Positions 25,188 to 39,050 of a stretch of 64,000 bases of DNA are shown in pieces (positions within the stretch are counted from its first letter, which is position 1; each line of letters begins with the position of its first letter). A program made the translations under genes and the position numbers. A model generated the notes under the pieces. That model worked only from the letters and a program-made list of their open reading frames with translations. It was not told where the DNA came from and made no database searches. The stretch lies in the NCBI GenBank assembly GCA_951406725.2, contig OX597815.1, positions 210,924,001 through 210,988,000 on the forward strand, in the 5' to 3' direction. Source of the stretch: Octopus vulgaris. Its lineage: Eukaryota.

Positions 25188-26162
25188 GCCAATGCGAATT
25201 AGAAAGCATAAATAAAGGTAGAGTAGATTTACTTATCTGCAATATGAAAACCAGATAAGATAATGAAGATCGTGTAGACTTTCGGTTCTTTTATATCTCT
25301 GCTTTAATATTGTTCATACAAAAGCTAACCTTGCACCGAGACCAAAAAAGAACAATTTATAAATTTGGTTGTTATTCTGTTAAAACAGTCTTTATTTCGG
25401 CTCAGGTTTATAACTGATAAACTTCTTTTCTTTCTGAAATGTATTTGTTGAAAAAGAAAATTTTGAAATATTTTAGAAAATGAATAATAAAAGAAAGCCT
25501 TTTGATATTTTAAGTTTTTCATGTAAAAACAATATATTCTTTAGAAATACATGCAGTGACGGGGTATAACAAATAAATACTGTAAGAAATAGAAAAAGAG
25601 AGAGGAGAAAGGAAAAGTGAGAGAGAGCTTGAGAAAAAGAGAGAATTAAGGCAAACTTTCGAATAAACACAAGCATTAATATAAGAGAAGCACCTTTACA
25701 TAACCTTATATTTTATTATACTTTATTTACGTACAAGTGTGTACCTTGTGTGTGCGTATTTAGATATGTATGTGTATGCTTATACAAGTATATATGTGCA
25801 AATACATGTGTATGTTTGTGTGTGTGTAGATGCATATATGTGAATGTATACTTACATTTTGTGTGTATATATATATATTGATATAGATATAGATATAGAT
25901 ATACGTACATATATATGTATATAGATTCATAGCTTAATAGATAGGTATGTGTGTCTACACAGATATATACGCATGCATGTATATGTATATATGTATGTAT
26001 ATATGTACAGATATATATATGTTTGTGTATGTGTGCTCATATGTGTTTATATATAAATGTGTATATATGTGTGTGTGTTTGCGTGTGAATTTAAAAAGCA
26101 GATGTGCGTGTACACACACACACAAACACACACATATATATGTATATATGTATGTATATATG

Positions 26163-26197
<35 letters not shown>

Positions 26198-27491
26198 ATG
26201 TGTGTTCACATGTGTTTATGTGTATACATATGTGTGTGTGCGTGTGAATTTAAAAAGCAGATATGCGTGTACACACACATACACACACGCACAAACACAC
26301 ACACGCACACATATTTCCGTTTATATATGTTTACATGTGAAACCCATACACGTATCTGCTTTTATGTATACACCTTCCTATACTTCTGTGAAAAATCAAC
26401 TAAAAATAAGAGTTGTGTAGAGAGAATTTCGTTTTTATCCAGTTTTATTCTTTAAGAGATTCACACTTCACAAAATGCTTTCATCATGCTGAAGAATATA
26501 GAAGGTGATATCTTTGAAGTTTGAAATTATTTTACTGAAAATTTCTGCAAAAGAATGTCGCAAACAGTGAGCCCAGCTGGTTAACACAAAACCTTGTTAT
26601 TTTAATAATTAATTTAAAATTTATTTTTATCTATCTATTTTTAGAGGAGTGTTTTATTTATTTTTTTTTTTTTTGTAGTGGGAGCATTTTTGTGGGAGGG
26701 GAGGACCTTGTAAATATATATTACACAGCCCTTTGTAATGAGTGAAAGCATTTTGTTTGGAGCTCCTTCGCCTTTCTATAGAATTATCGCTTTGTATGTT
26801 TTTCTGATATATCACGCATGAATTTTCATTAAAACACACGCAAAGTAAGCTTATGTACACATACACACACAGGTACCCACACGCACATAGGTATATTTAT
26901 ACATATATGCACACATATACATCAATATGTATGTATGTGTATACATATATATATATACACACATTAATATACATATATAAATACATAAATATACATACAT
27001 ATATGTGTATGTATGTATGTATGTATGTATATGTATCTTATTCTTTTATTCTTTTAATGGTTTCAGTCGTTTCTTTTGATGCAATACATACATACAGATA
27101 TACACATCTTTTTGTTAATTCTCTATAGAACAAAACACGCTATTATAGATTATCTTCGTGTGTTAGACCTTGCTCAGTTGCTTAGTAAATTCCTAATGAA
27201 CACAAACAGCTTCAAATTGTGGTAAGCACCTGCAACTATTTATAAAGAATTACTGCTTAACATAATGTATTAGAGTTCGGAAACCCATCGCATGCAAAGG
27301 TTCGCATTTTTACCTGGTAAGCATTTTATATCTGCTTCAGTTCGCACCAGTACGTTTTGTCGCTATTTTTGCCATCCATTTCTTTAACTACAAATGCTTA
27401 GACACGTCATCAATTAATTTACAATTTAACCATGCATGAATGCATATATATGAGACTCACTTGCACACATACACCCACGCTTAAACATATG

Positions 27492-27549
<58 letters not shown>

Positions 27550-27553
<4 letters not shown>

Positions 27554-27751
27554 ATCCAAACATGAACAAAGAGAAAACACAACAACACGAGGACATGGAA
27601 CAAGTATAGTGTTATTGGACGGTCAGGAAAGGAAAGAAAGAAGGAGGGATTTGACGTTTCGAGCGGAGCTCTTCGTCAGAAACATAGAAAAAGGAAAGGT
27701 CCAAGGAAGGGAAGACGGAGAAAGAAAATCGCCAACGATACACACACGGTC

Positions 27752-27752
<1 letters not shown>
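27550..27752 (-). mobile_element. ~200 bp HHR-bearing element inserted in (TA)n
   Basis: Flanked on both sides by (TA)n; same layout as family H1 but divergent in sequence; contains the HHR at 27647-27686. Confidence 0.8.
27647..27686 (-). ncRNA. Minimal type I hammerhead ribozyme
   Basis: GTTT-CTGACGA-a-GAGC-tcc-GCTC-GAAA-CGT-C-AAAT: canonical core, GUC cleavage site, palindromic ACGT stem III. Confidence 0.88.
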
Positions 27753-27816
<64 letters not shown>

Positions 27817-27864
27817 TATGATGATAATTGATTAAGTAACCAGAAGATGGATTTGGTATTAATC

Positions 27865-27967
27865 TTTACAACGATCGTTTCGCCCCTTATAGGTGGGGTT
27901 CTGTTGGGTGAGACAGTCCAACATGCTGCGTTGCATCCATTTTGCAGTATGGGCCACATCAGGTACA
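27865..27967 (-). ncRNA. Degenerate hammerhead ribozyme with long stem II insert
   Basis: TAC-CTGATGT-g-GCCC...GGGC-GAAA-CGATCGT-T-GTA: palindromic stem III ACGATCGT; core A9 is changed to T. Confidence 0.6.
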
Positions 27968-28149
27968 TCCGTACATAACGTGGTATCTCTGATCAACACT
28001 TCAACACACTAATCGACATATGCCCATTTGTCAATAATATCACATATATATATTTACATCACATGATCAAGTGAGCTATATATATATATATCGGATGTTG
28101 TTATACATCGCTGGTTACAATGCACTTTGCATATTTTTAGCTTTCGAAT

Positions 28150-28975
28150 GAAATTATTCAAAGCCTCTTGATCAAAACGTTTTCGGAACATACCGGCCAG
28201 CTGATTCTCGTCCACACCGAGAATTTCCCCGAGAACGTCATCGATTTTGTCTCCCATTAATCCTCTATAAACAACATGATAAACACCCACCGATCGCATA
28301 TTCTCTGAGTATTTTACTACGCTTTAGGGGACAGGTGTCATGAGCCGTTCTATTTTGATCCAGGACTGCAAGTCTGTCATAGAGATGAGCCGTGGAAAAG
28401 AGAGTCTGATAAACAGTGAACACACCTGCTCACCGTCAAGGAAGAGCTGGATAAGTCACACCCTCTGCGCATATCTATACACCATTAGCCACTGCATACC
28501 CAACCAGCCTTTCAATCGGTGTTGACAAGTGAACCCTTCTGACAAAAGGAACACATCTCCACAGAGAGTGGAAGAATATGTGCTCAAGTTTCCTCAGCTA
28601 TGAAATAGAGTAAAGCACAAAAGACAGGTGCATGGTCACTGCAATGTAAGAGATCGCATCTTCCATGCTACCCTTCAGGGGTAACATATTGTCCTATTTC
28701 TGGGTGAAATGAACGTCGCTACTAATCCCCTCTTCTCATTTCTTCATTTCGAGTTTTGCAACAAATTAAACCCCAAGGAATTTAACAGATCCATCCGTCT
28801 TACACCCAACGGCTCTGCTTAGAGTCATGGATCTGCCTCTTCTGGTGTCGAGCAGCAGACCCATTAACTTTTCCTGATTAATTTTTGCTCCAGTCACTGC
28901 TTGGTGTCAAACAATACTACGGTGACGTCGTCCACGTAATTTGATACAACTCTCCCATATCCTCTTGAAACCTCT
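28150..28975 (-). mobile_element. Decayed L1/Tx1-clade LINE, RT and downstream region
   Basis: Minus strand gives VSNYVDDVTV (YADD box), AVTGAKINQEK, DGSVKFLGV, CQHRLKGWLGM and YRGLMGD...DDVLGEILGVD in the expected order. Confidence 0.72.
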
Positions 28976-29859
28976 AACTTCCGGTTCTTCATGAAGATAA
29001 CATGGATGCTGCTTGGGCTCAAAAGATTGGCCGTTATGTAAACCTCCTCGAGGATTGTAAAGACGCAGACTTATTTAGATTTGAAATTGGAATATATAGG
29101 AGAGGCTAGATGGATCCATTCGAAGACATAGGAGAGGCTAGCTAGATGTGAGCGAAGGCACATTGAGAAGCAATACAAAAGCATCAAAAATGAAAGAGCC
29201 GTGGAAATAAATTGCATTAAAAAGGTTGAATGTTTGTATGTGTAAATGTTCATACGTGTGTGTGTGTGTGTGAGTAATTGTGTTTGTATGAGAGCCGAGG
29301 AAAGATTATGATGTTTGTTATGCATTCGTAAGTTCATTCTTTTGATCCCATTGCATGTCACTTTGGTCGTGTTCTTGTAATTCAAAGCTTTTCAACGAAA
29401 TTGATGACACGAAAACTGCTTGTACGTTACTAAAAGAATCGCACTTGTAATTCAAGAAGGTAGCTTTCTCGAACTTTGTATTATTCTGATTTTTGCCTCG
29501 GGAACATTTTTACAAGTGTGTGCGGATTAGTGAGCATTATAATTCAATGACTAGTGATTCATCACTTGAAATACTCGAAGTCAATATAGATGGATGGAAC
29601 ATTTATTCTCATACACATGTGTGTGTGTGTCTACTTGCATGTGTCTGTATTTGTGTGTGAATAACCTACCATAAAGCATTAAAAATGTTTTGCCCAAGCA
29701 TTTTCAAGCTATCTTCATACCTTTTGAAATAAATTGAATCATATGTTTTCATACATGTATGATTCTAAGTTAAAGTGCCTAGTTTTAAGTCACGAAATGG
29801 CAGCATCTCTCATATGGGTTACCGAGTTTATTGGGTAAATTTTGATACTTTCACCCGCA

Positions 29860-30378
29860 CGATTTTCACTAAGAAAAAAAAGAGCTCGGATTTATTGCGT
29901 GGGATCAAGTAACCTAACCTCCTAGTGTACCGCAAACCCCTTATTTTTGTACGAAAAAAGAGGTGGGGCGAAAACGGACGCCCCTCCTCCCAGAATCATT
30001 GGAATTTTTTTCTTCGTTGAATGAAATACGGTGATCTCTTTATTCACCACAAAACCATAATTTTTGGTCCGGAATTCAGGGTGGGGTGGGGTGGAACCCT
30101 CGGAAATTTCACTCCCACCCCCAATGGGAAGTACACCTGCAGAATTTTCACTAAGACAAAAAACACCGATTTTTTGCGTGGAATCTAGTATCCTAACCTC
30201 GTAATGTGCCGTAAAACCCTTATTTTTGTTCGGAAAATATGAGAGGGTGGGAAACCTGACCCCTCCCCCTATTCCGGGATCATTGCATATATTTTTGGCT
30301 TTTTTCGTTGAATGAATTACAGTGACCTCCTAATGTGCCACAAAACCCCTTTTTTTGTCCGGAAAACGGGGGCGGGCA
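29860..30378. repeat. Element made of two ~283 bp tandem units, each with internal subrepeats
   Basis: TTTTCACTAAGA...GCGTGG.ATC.AGTA.CCTAACCTC...CCCTTATTTTTGT.CG.AAA occurs at ~29863 and ~30145; subrepeat CCACAAAACC...TTTTTGGTCCGGAA recurs. Confidence 0.8.
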
Positions 30379-30379
30379 G

Positions 30380-30668
30380 CAAGTAAAAAGCACCATAATA
30401 TGCAGCCGATGCTAGTGCCGGCGGCACGTAAAAAGCACCATTCGAGCGTGGTGGATGCCAGTGCCACTTGACTGGCCCCTGTGCTGGTGGCACTTAAAAA
30501 GCACCAACTACATTCTCAGAGTGGTTGGCATTAGGAAGGGCATCCAGCTGTAGATTCCTTGCCAGAACAGATTGGAACCTGATGCAGCTTCCTGGCTTGC
30601 CAGTCCTCAGACAAACCACCCAACCCATGCCAGCATGGAAAGCAGACGTTAAACGATGTTGATGATGA
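30380..30668 (+). mobile_element. 3' part of a SINE (family C) with an RTE-like tail
   Basis: Internal AAAAAGCACC repeated three times, then GGCATTAGGAAGGGCATCCAGC and CCCATGCCAGCATGGAAAGCAGACGTTAAACGATG with a (GAT)n-like tail. Confidence 0.7.
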
Positions 30669-30768
30669 AACATATAAAATATAATATATTGTGATAACAT
30701 TGAAAGTTTAGGTAAACTTCGTCACTCATTCACCCACTCACTCTCTCTTTTCTCTCTCTCTCTCTCTG

Positions 30769-30799
<31 letters not shown>

Positions 30800-30803
<4 letters not shown>

Positions 30804-31015
30804 GTATTTGTGTGTCTGTGTTTATCTCTCCACCATCCTTGACAATCGATGTTGGCGTGTTTACCTCCCCGTAACTTAGCGGTTCGGCAAAAGGAGGTCG
30901 ATAGAATAAGTACTAGGCTTACAAAGAATAAGTCCTGTGGTCGATTTGTTCGACTAATGGCAGTGCTCCAGCGTGGCCACAGTCAAATGACTGAAATAAA
31001 TATAAGAACAAAAGT
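30800..31015 (+). mobile_element. 3' half of SINE family A
   Basis: CTTGACAATCGATGTTGG...AGAATAAGTACT...CAAATGACTGAAA matches the 3' half of 16326-16745. Confidence 0.85.
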
Positions 31016-31719
31016 ATAAAACAGTGGAGATTTCCGAAAATAAAAGAACTGGTAACCAAAGCGTTTGTTGAAAGCCTAGGGAAAATGTCCAGCGGCGATA
31101 TCAGTTAAATGCTTCTTCCATGGCAGAAAGCTAAATTTAATACCTAAACATTTAGTGTGTGTAAGTGAATGACTGTGTATGTGTCGCAAATGTGTGTCTT
31201 TCCGCGTTAGGTACGTTATTAGACATACACACGTCTACACATGCATATACATATGTAACCACTGACATGGGTGAATGCATGTCTCTGTGTGGCTATCTTA
31301 GTATATATATATATATGTGAGTGTATGTCAAGGACATTTTATACCACCACGACGACGATGACGACGTCACACTTTGTATATGTGTGTATATCTGTCTGTG
31401 AGTCTATGAGTGTGTATGTGTTTGTGAGTGTGTTTGTTTTCGCGTTATGTACGTTATTAAACACACACACACACACATCTACACACATCTACACATACAC
31501 ATGCATATGTGACGACTGACATACTTGGATGTATGTATGTGAGTTCTATCTAGAGCTGAAACATTTGAAAGAAAGCAATGAGGTGGCTATGCCCTTGGTA
31601 TATATAAAAATGCACATTTACTGTTCCATTACCAGTTAATAATTATCGCAGCAGTTGCAAGGTTGCAAGTTATTTACAATTACATATTTACTCTCACATT
31701 AAGAAATTTATCCTATGTA

Positions 31720-32130
31720 GGCGCAGGAGTGGCTGTGTAGTAAGTAGCTTGTTTACCAACCACATGGTTCTGGGTTCAATCCCCCTGCGTGGCACCGTGG
31801 GCAAGTGATTTCTACTATAGCCTCGGGCCGACCAAAGCCTTGTGAGTGGATTTGGTAGACGGAAACTGAAAGAAGACCGTATATATATATTTCTTTACTA
31901 CCCACAAGGGGCTAAACATAGAAGGGACAAACAAGGACAGACAAAGGGATTAAGTCGATTACATCGACCCCAGTGCGTAACTGGTACTTAATTTGTCGAC
32001 CTCGAAAGGATGAAAGGCAAAGTCGACCTCGGCGGAATTTGAACCCAGAACACTTAACGGCAGACGAAATACGGCTACGCATTTCGCCCGACGTGCTAAC
32101 GTTTCTGCCAGCTCGCCGCCTTAATATATG

Positions 32131-32162
<32 letters not shown>

Positions 32163-32385
32163 CGTGTGTGTGTTTGTGTGTCTGTGTTTGTCCCCCTAGC
32201 ATTGCTTGACAACCGATGCTGGTGTGTTTATGTCCCCGTTACTTACCGGTTCGGCAAAAGAGATCGATAGAATAAGTACTGGGCTTACAAAAGAATAAGT
32301 CCCGGGGTCGAGTTGCTTGATTAAAGGCGGTGCTCCAGCATGGCCGCTGTCAAAAATGATTGAAACAAGTAAAAGAATAAAATAC
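31720..32385 (+). mobile_element. SINE family A with a family B SINE nested in its central (TA)n
   Basis: 5' half at 31720-31880 and 3' half at 32125-32385, both matching 16326-16745. Confidence 0.92.
31889..32121 (-). mobile_element. Full-length SINE family B (nested)
   Basis: Reverse complement begins GGCGGCGAGCTGGCAGAAACGTTAGCAC and ends GTGGGTAGTAAAGAAATA. Confidence 0.93.
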
Positions 32386-32923
32386 ATATATATATAATTC
32401 TTTGTCTCTATGTAATAATTATTGTGGCATTTACCGTTAAATTAGCAGTTCCATACATGGGCTTCTATCTCGTTCATTTGCTTATATTTCGTTAATTTAC
32501 ACTGCATACAAAAGTACAGACGTACTAAATACATACCGCCTGGTCAGCCATTATGCCTTAATTTTACAAGTAATTCATTACTACATTTTCTCATGTGACA
32601 GCATACGCTCACCTTATGTTTCTTATTCTACAGCCGCTCCAGAAATCCAATGTCAACCCTTCGCCTTCTGCAACATTTCGACAGTTCACATTCCCGTTGC
32701 AGTCTCCCATTGCAGACCATATCTGGATGTACCCATTAACGTACAACATCTCCGTTACACCTTCATTCATTTGACTCTCAACCATACGATGGGTCGTGTT
32801 AGACGCAGTATATCCACTGACAGCTTTCGGTGGGTTCAAAAAATTATATACCCCAATTTTCCAAGATAGATTACAGCATTGAGTCCTCCAAACGGATGTA
32901 TTGTCACGTAACTAAATATAATA

Positions 32924-33317
32924 TTTTCGTTGAAGGAATTACAGTGACCTCCTAATGTGCCACAAAACCCCTTTTTTTTTGGTCCGGAAAACGGGGGCGG
33001 GCAGCAAGTAAAAAGCACCATAATATGCAGCCGATGCTAGTGCCGGCGGCACGTAAAAAGCACCATCCGAGCGTGGTGGATGCCAGTGCCACCCGACTGG
33101 CCCCTGTGCTGGTGGCATTCAAAAAGCACTAACAACATTCTCAGAGTGGTTGGTTTTGTGGTGAATAAGGATATCACCGTAATTCATTCAACGAAGAAAA
33201 AATTCCAATGATTCCGGGAGGAGGGGGGTTCCGTTTTCCCACCCACCTCTTTTTTCGTACAAAAATAAGGGGTTTGTGGCACATTAGGAGGTTAGGTTAC
33301 TTGATTCCACGCAATAA
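32924..33317. repeat. Composite local duplication: direct copy of 30301-30528 fused to an inverted copy of 29892-30057
   Basis: Direct sequence comparison; the two parts overlap by TGG at 33151-33153. Confidence 0.88.
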
Positions 33318-33761
33318 TAATATATTATTATAACATTATATTATTACTCTAGAGTTGTTTTGTCGACAATGCTGCACTTTCGTGTATGACCTGTTTCAAC
33401 ATAACTGTAATATATATACTGTTGTGTCTGGGGAGAGTCATTTTGTTTTGTGCCTTACGATTTAACACACTCACCGGTAAAATTTCCACTTATTTCTTAT
33501 TTTTTACCGCATTCCTCCTCACTCACCCACGTGTGCTAATGAGTAAAATTCTACAGAAAAAAACTGTAGTTTACTATCAGGGAGAGAATTATATCATCCA
33601 TAATAATAATGGGTAAAATTAATTAATTAATTAATAATTAATAATTTTACCAAGTAGTTCGGCATGTTAAAAGAACCATTATCGGTAAACTTATACAAAA
33701 AATTTTATAATTATGAATATAATTAATATATATATATATACGCACATACACACATACTTTT

Positions 33762-33857
<96 letters not shown>

Positions 33858-34224
33858 TCAGACACGTATATATATATATATATATATATATTGATGGATA
33901 GATCTATTGGTAGGGAGTAAAGTTGTATATATGACATAAAGTACATAAATTTTTGTTTAATATATATTGAAATTCCCAGATAGAATCTGGAGAGAGTGAC
34001 ACATTTTGAGGTGTAAAACTAATTAATTGAATATTGTTTTTATTGTATCTTCCCAATATATTAACCGCGCTGAGCAATTTATGTGGAATAGCAAAAGAAA
34101 TGAATCGAACAGCCTAACAATCTGACAACATTTTTAGCCGACTTAGTGTTAATTTTCAAACAACTTCTTATATTAGCAGCTTCAGAATAAATACCTTATT
34201 TTATCCACAAAAAAAGCAAACGAC

Positions 34225-34225
<1 letters not shown>

Positions 34226-34290
<65 letters not shown>

Positions 34291-34417
34291 CTTATTATTA
34301 TTATCATTATTATTATTATTATTCAGTAGTTTTATTTTTATAATAACAACAATAATAATAATGATAATAATAATGATAATAATAATAATAATAATAACAA
34401 TAATAATAATGATAATG

Positions 34418-34448
<31 letters not shown>

Positions 34449-34620
34449 GAAGAAAAAGAAGAAGGAGGAGGAGGAGGAGGAGGAGGAGGAGGAGGAGGAA
34501 GAGAAGAAGAAGAAGAAGAAGAATATCAACAACAACAACAATAGAAAACAGCAGCAGCAACAACAACAAAAGCAGAAACAACAAAAACAGAAGCAACAAC
34601 AACATCAATAACAACAATAA
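34226..34620. repeat. Compound trinucleotide tract (TAA)/(GAG)/(GAA)/(CAA)
   Basis: Directly visible; explains the homopolymeric ORFs at 34201-34720. Confidence 0.95.
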
Positions 34621-35334
34621 TCCAATGATAGTATTTCGATTAAGAAAGAACTTATCAAGTGTTATATTTTTCCAGTATTCTTCCTTCTCTTTAGAAAAAT
34701 TTCCCCAATTAATTAAGTGAACGTTGTTGATATTGTATTATCACTACGTATATATATATATATATACGCAAATATATACATACATATATAGATTTATGCA
34801 TATGCACATCTACATATACATATATATTAATATATACATATATATAAATGTGTATATCTGTGTATATGTGTGTATGCGTGTATGTATGTATGTTTGTATA
34901 TTTAGTTGGTTCAAGAAACAATTAAATGCATTTTCCTTTAATCTACACTACAACACTTTATTGATTATGTTTCCTACTTTAACTTAGTGAAGTGAATAAC
35001 AAGGCATTTACACACCTGATATCTCAATTACGGCTTGAATGATTATTGAAAATCCTTCAAATTTTACATTAAATTCCTTATATGTATATATGTATGTATA
35101 GATACGTGTGTGTGTGAGTGTATGCACATATATATAAGCATATATATATATATATGTGAGTATATATATGTATGTATAGATACAAGTGTGTGAGTGTATG
35201 CATATATATATATATATATGCATGTATATATATGTATATATATATGTGAGTAGATATATAGGTGTGTGTATATATATATGTATGTATATGTATAGATATA
35301 TATAGATATATATGTGTATATATATATGCATGTA

Positions 35335-35372
<38 letters not shown>

Positions 35373-35514
35373 GTGTGTATACATATATACATATTTGTGA
35401 ATGATATATGTAGATAGATGTGTATATAATAGAGTTATATATATATACGCGCACACAAACATATGACAATATGTATTTTTATATATTCATATATGTATAT
35501 ATTTATATATACAA

Positions 35515-35613
<99 letters not shown>

Positions 35614-35618
35614 TATAC

Positions 35619-35665
<47 letters not shown>

Positions 35666-35972
35666 TTGTGAGTCCGTGCGTGTGTGCGTGTGCTACGTGC
35701 GTGTGTGTATGTATGTAATATAAATGCTTTATTTTGATATATCTTAAATGATTTTGAATAAAGATATTATTTCAACATTTTTATTTCTGAACTAAAAGCT
35801 ATTTTTGTTGATGTAATTGAGTATAATTCCATTTATGCCTATATATGTTTATACTTATACTAAGGTAACTGCATTGCATACCAACTATACAAAGTATACA
35901 TGAGTGTATGTATATATATATATATATACACGCGCACGCACACACACACACACACAGACGCACATGCATACA

Positions 35973-36031
<59 letters not shown>

Positions 36032-36112
36032 ATGAAATTTATATATATATTATAAAGTATATAATTCGGTATATCTATGTGTGTTTATGCAAGTATACAT
36101 AAATTAAGTCAA

Positions 36113-36272
36113 GGTGCAGGCGATCTGTGAGGTAAGTAGTTTACTTACAAACCATACGGTTCTGGGTTCGGTCTCACTGCTTTACAGCTTTGGCAATTTT
36201 CTTCTACTATAACCCAAGACTTACCAAAACTTGAGAAGTGATTCGGCAGTCGGAACCTGATAGAAGCCTGGG
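36113..36272 (+). mobile_element. Degenerate 5' half of SINE family A
   Basis: GGTGCAGGCGATCTGTGAGGTAAGTAG...TTTGGCAATTTTCTTCTACTATA aligns to the family A head. Confidence 0.7.
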
Positions 36273-36342
36273 TTCGAGTGTCTGTATGTGCGTGTTTGAG
36301 TGTGTGTATGTGTGTGTGTGTGAGTGTGAATGCCCATGATTT

Positions 36343-36622
36343 AGTGGTTACGTTATTCGACTAACGATCGTAAGGTCATGAGTTCGATTTCTAGTGGGAA
36401 TTTGTGTCGTTGTTCCTATTCACTCAGCCGACAAAAATTTGTTGTATCTATTATTCAAAGGGCCAGCCATATCACATTTTGTGTCATGATGAATCTCCCC
36501 GAGAAGTGCAGTAAGGGAACGAGTATTTGTGGAGGGCTCACCCACTTGCGCCTTAATTTTCCGAGCAGGCTGTTAAGTTGATTGGATCAGCTCAACAATC
36601 ACCATCGTAACCGACGGAGTGT
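36343..36622 (+). mobile_element. Degenerate tRNA-derived SINE (family E)
   Basis: A/B-box-like AGTGGTTA...GAGTTCGATT; the body (ATTCAAAGGGCCAGCC...GAATCTCC...GCAGGCTGTT...GATTGGATCA) recurs at 57375-57530. Confidence 0.7.
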
Positions 36623-36644
36623 CTGTAAGATATATGTATATTTG

Positions 36645-37531
36645 TACTTTCCGGAAGAAAACCAAAACTTTCAGATAGGTACCGTCGGACTCTTATGCGA
36701 ATTGTTAGAAAGGATCACAGAAGTACAGTTCCCAAAATTACTGCAGAGCTTAAAGACCACCCCCGAGAACCCAGTTTACACAAAAACTGTTCACTGGGAG
36801 CAGCACAAAGCCGGATTTTATGAGAGGGCTGCAACCAGAAAACCACTACTTTCAAAAACAGACGTTGCAAAGCGTTTACAGTGGAATAAAAACCTACAGA
36901 ACTGGTCCCTAGAGCAGTGGAAGAATGTTATTTTCTCGGACGAGTCATCCTGTGCCTTATTTCCGACCACCGGCCGAGTATACACGTGGAGACAGCCAAA
37001 AGAAGCATTTCACCCAGACTGCCTTCTTCCAGCTGTTAAACGTGAAGGCGGATCTGTGATGATCTGGTGGGCTATATCTTGGAAATCCACCTGCCCAATA
37101 GTCAAGACTATTTAAGAATTTTATTTCATTAAATTCATCCTGTGGTTGCGGAACTGTTTTCGCAGGGAAACGCAATCTTTCAGGATGATAATGCACCAAT
37201 TCACACAGCTAAATTTGTTACTGAATGGTACGAGGAACATTCTAGGGAAGTTGAACATCTTATCTAGCCAACAAAGTCTCCAGATCTCAATATCATTGAA
37301 CATTTATGGTACATTTTAGAAAAACAAGGATATCCTCTACCATCATCACTACAAAAACTGGAGACTGTTTTAACTGAAGAATGAACAAAAATTCCTTAGG
37401 AAGTAATTCAAACTTTGTACGAGTTCATACCTCGTAGAATTCAAGCTGTAATTACTGCCAAATACAGTCCTACACCATATTAAATAAATTTGTTTGAAAT
37501 TTTAAAGTGTTTCCATTATTTTGTCCAACCC

Positions 37532-37533
<2 letters not shown>
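36645..37533 (+). mobile_element. Decayed Tc1-family (DD34E) transposon, 3' portion with right TIR
   Basis: RKPLLS...WKNVIFSDES...GGSVMIW, FQDDNAPIH, SPDLNIIEHLW; ends in TIR-like GTGTTTCCATTATTTTGTCCAACCCATG followed by TA. Confidence 0.93.
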
Positions 37534-37585
<52 letters not shown>

Positions 37586-37691
37586 TGAAACTTTTTCTGA
37601 TTTTTCAGATTTTTTATATATGCTAGGCTACTGGTTTTAAATTGATATTAATTAAATTAATATTCAATTTATCTCCCCCGTTATTTAAATT

Positions 37692-37728
<37 letters not shown>

Positions 37729-38108
37729 GTGTATATATATATATATGTTTATATATATATATATGTATGTATGTATATATATATATGTGTGTATATATGT
37801 ATATGTGTGTGTATATATATATACATATGTATATATATGTATATATGTATATACATACATATGCACACAGGTGTGTCTGTATGTGTGTGTGCATGTATAT
37901 CTGTGTGTGCATGTGTGTGTGTGTACATGTATGTGTGTGCATCTGTGTGTATATATCTAAGGCCTTGGTAGGGTGGAAAGATAGGGTATTTCCAATGCAC
38001 CATTAAAGAGCACATTTGATGCAAGTCGGTGGAAGTCTTATTTTAACGTTTGAAACCGCACATAGTACGTAAATTTTCACTCTGAACTTTATGTATATAT
38101 ACACACAT

Positions 38109-38143
<35 letters not shown>

Positions 38144-38328
38144 AAGACAAAGAAGGGGAGTGAAAGTTATGATTGTCTAATTACCCTTCCTTGGGGCGCT
38201 GGCTTCTCTAACGGGCTTGGAGTTATTTTGGCCCTAAGTAACAAGTTCATTATTATACATGAGTGTGTAGGGGGGGTGCGTGTGTATTCATCCCTGTATA
38301 CATATATATCATAGATAGATAGATAGAC

Positions 38329-38379
<51 letters not shown>

Positions 38380-38384
38380 CAGAC

Positions 38385-38446
<62 letters not shown>

Positions 38447-38654
38447 GTTTCTTTATTGGCCACACAGGGCTGCACACTGATGGGACAAGTTACAAGGTAG
38501 AGCTTTTCTTTTGGGGGATGAAGAGAACAAAAAACAAAAGAAAAAAAAGGGGTGGCCTAGGTTTTCGATCAAGAGGGATCGTAAAAGGGAAGAAAAGAAC
38601 AAAAGATAGATAGATAGATATGTGTGTGTGTATTTGACTGTATATATGCAGAAG

Positions 38655-38872
38655 AGCGGCGAGCTGGTGTAATCGTTAACACGCCGAGCAAAATGTTGAG
38701 TGGCATTTCGTCCGTTTTACGTTCTGGGTTCAAATGCTGCCGGGTTCTGTGTTCAAGTTGCCTTTCATCTTTTGGGGATCGATAAATTAAGTATCGGTTG
38801 AGCACGAGGGTTGACTTAATCGACTTAGTCCCTACCCTGAAAATGCTGGTCTTGTGCCAAATTTGAAATCAA
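38655..38872 (+). mobile_element. Degenerate SINE family B
   Basis: GCGGCGAGCTGG...GGTTCAAAT...GCCTTTCATC...CTTGTGCCAAATTTGAAA. Confidence 0.82.
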
Positions 38873-38913
38873 TATATGAATATATGCATAAACACATATT
38901 CATATACATTGTG

Positions 38914-38965
<52 letters not shown>

Positions 38966-38979
38966 GTGTTTGTGTATGT

Positions 38980-39050
<71 letters not shown>

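Noticed and set aside
30380-30510. AAAAAGCACC repeated three times with variable spacers (CRISPR-like look)
   Set aside because: The repeat is only 10 bp, the spacers are related to each other, it lies in a eukaryotic SINE, and there are no cas genes.
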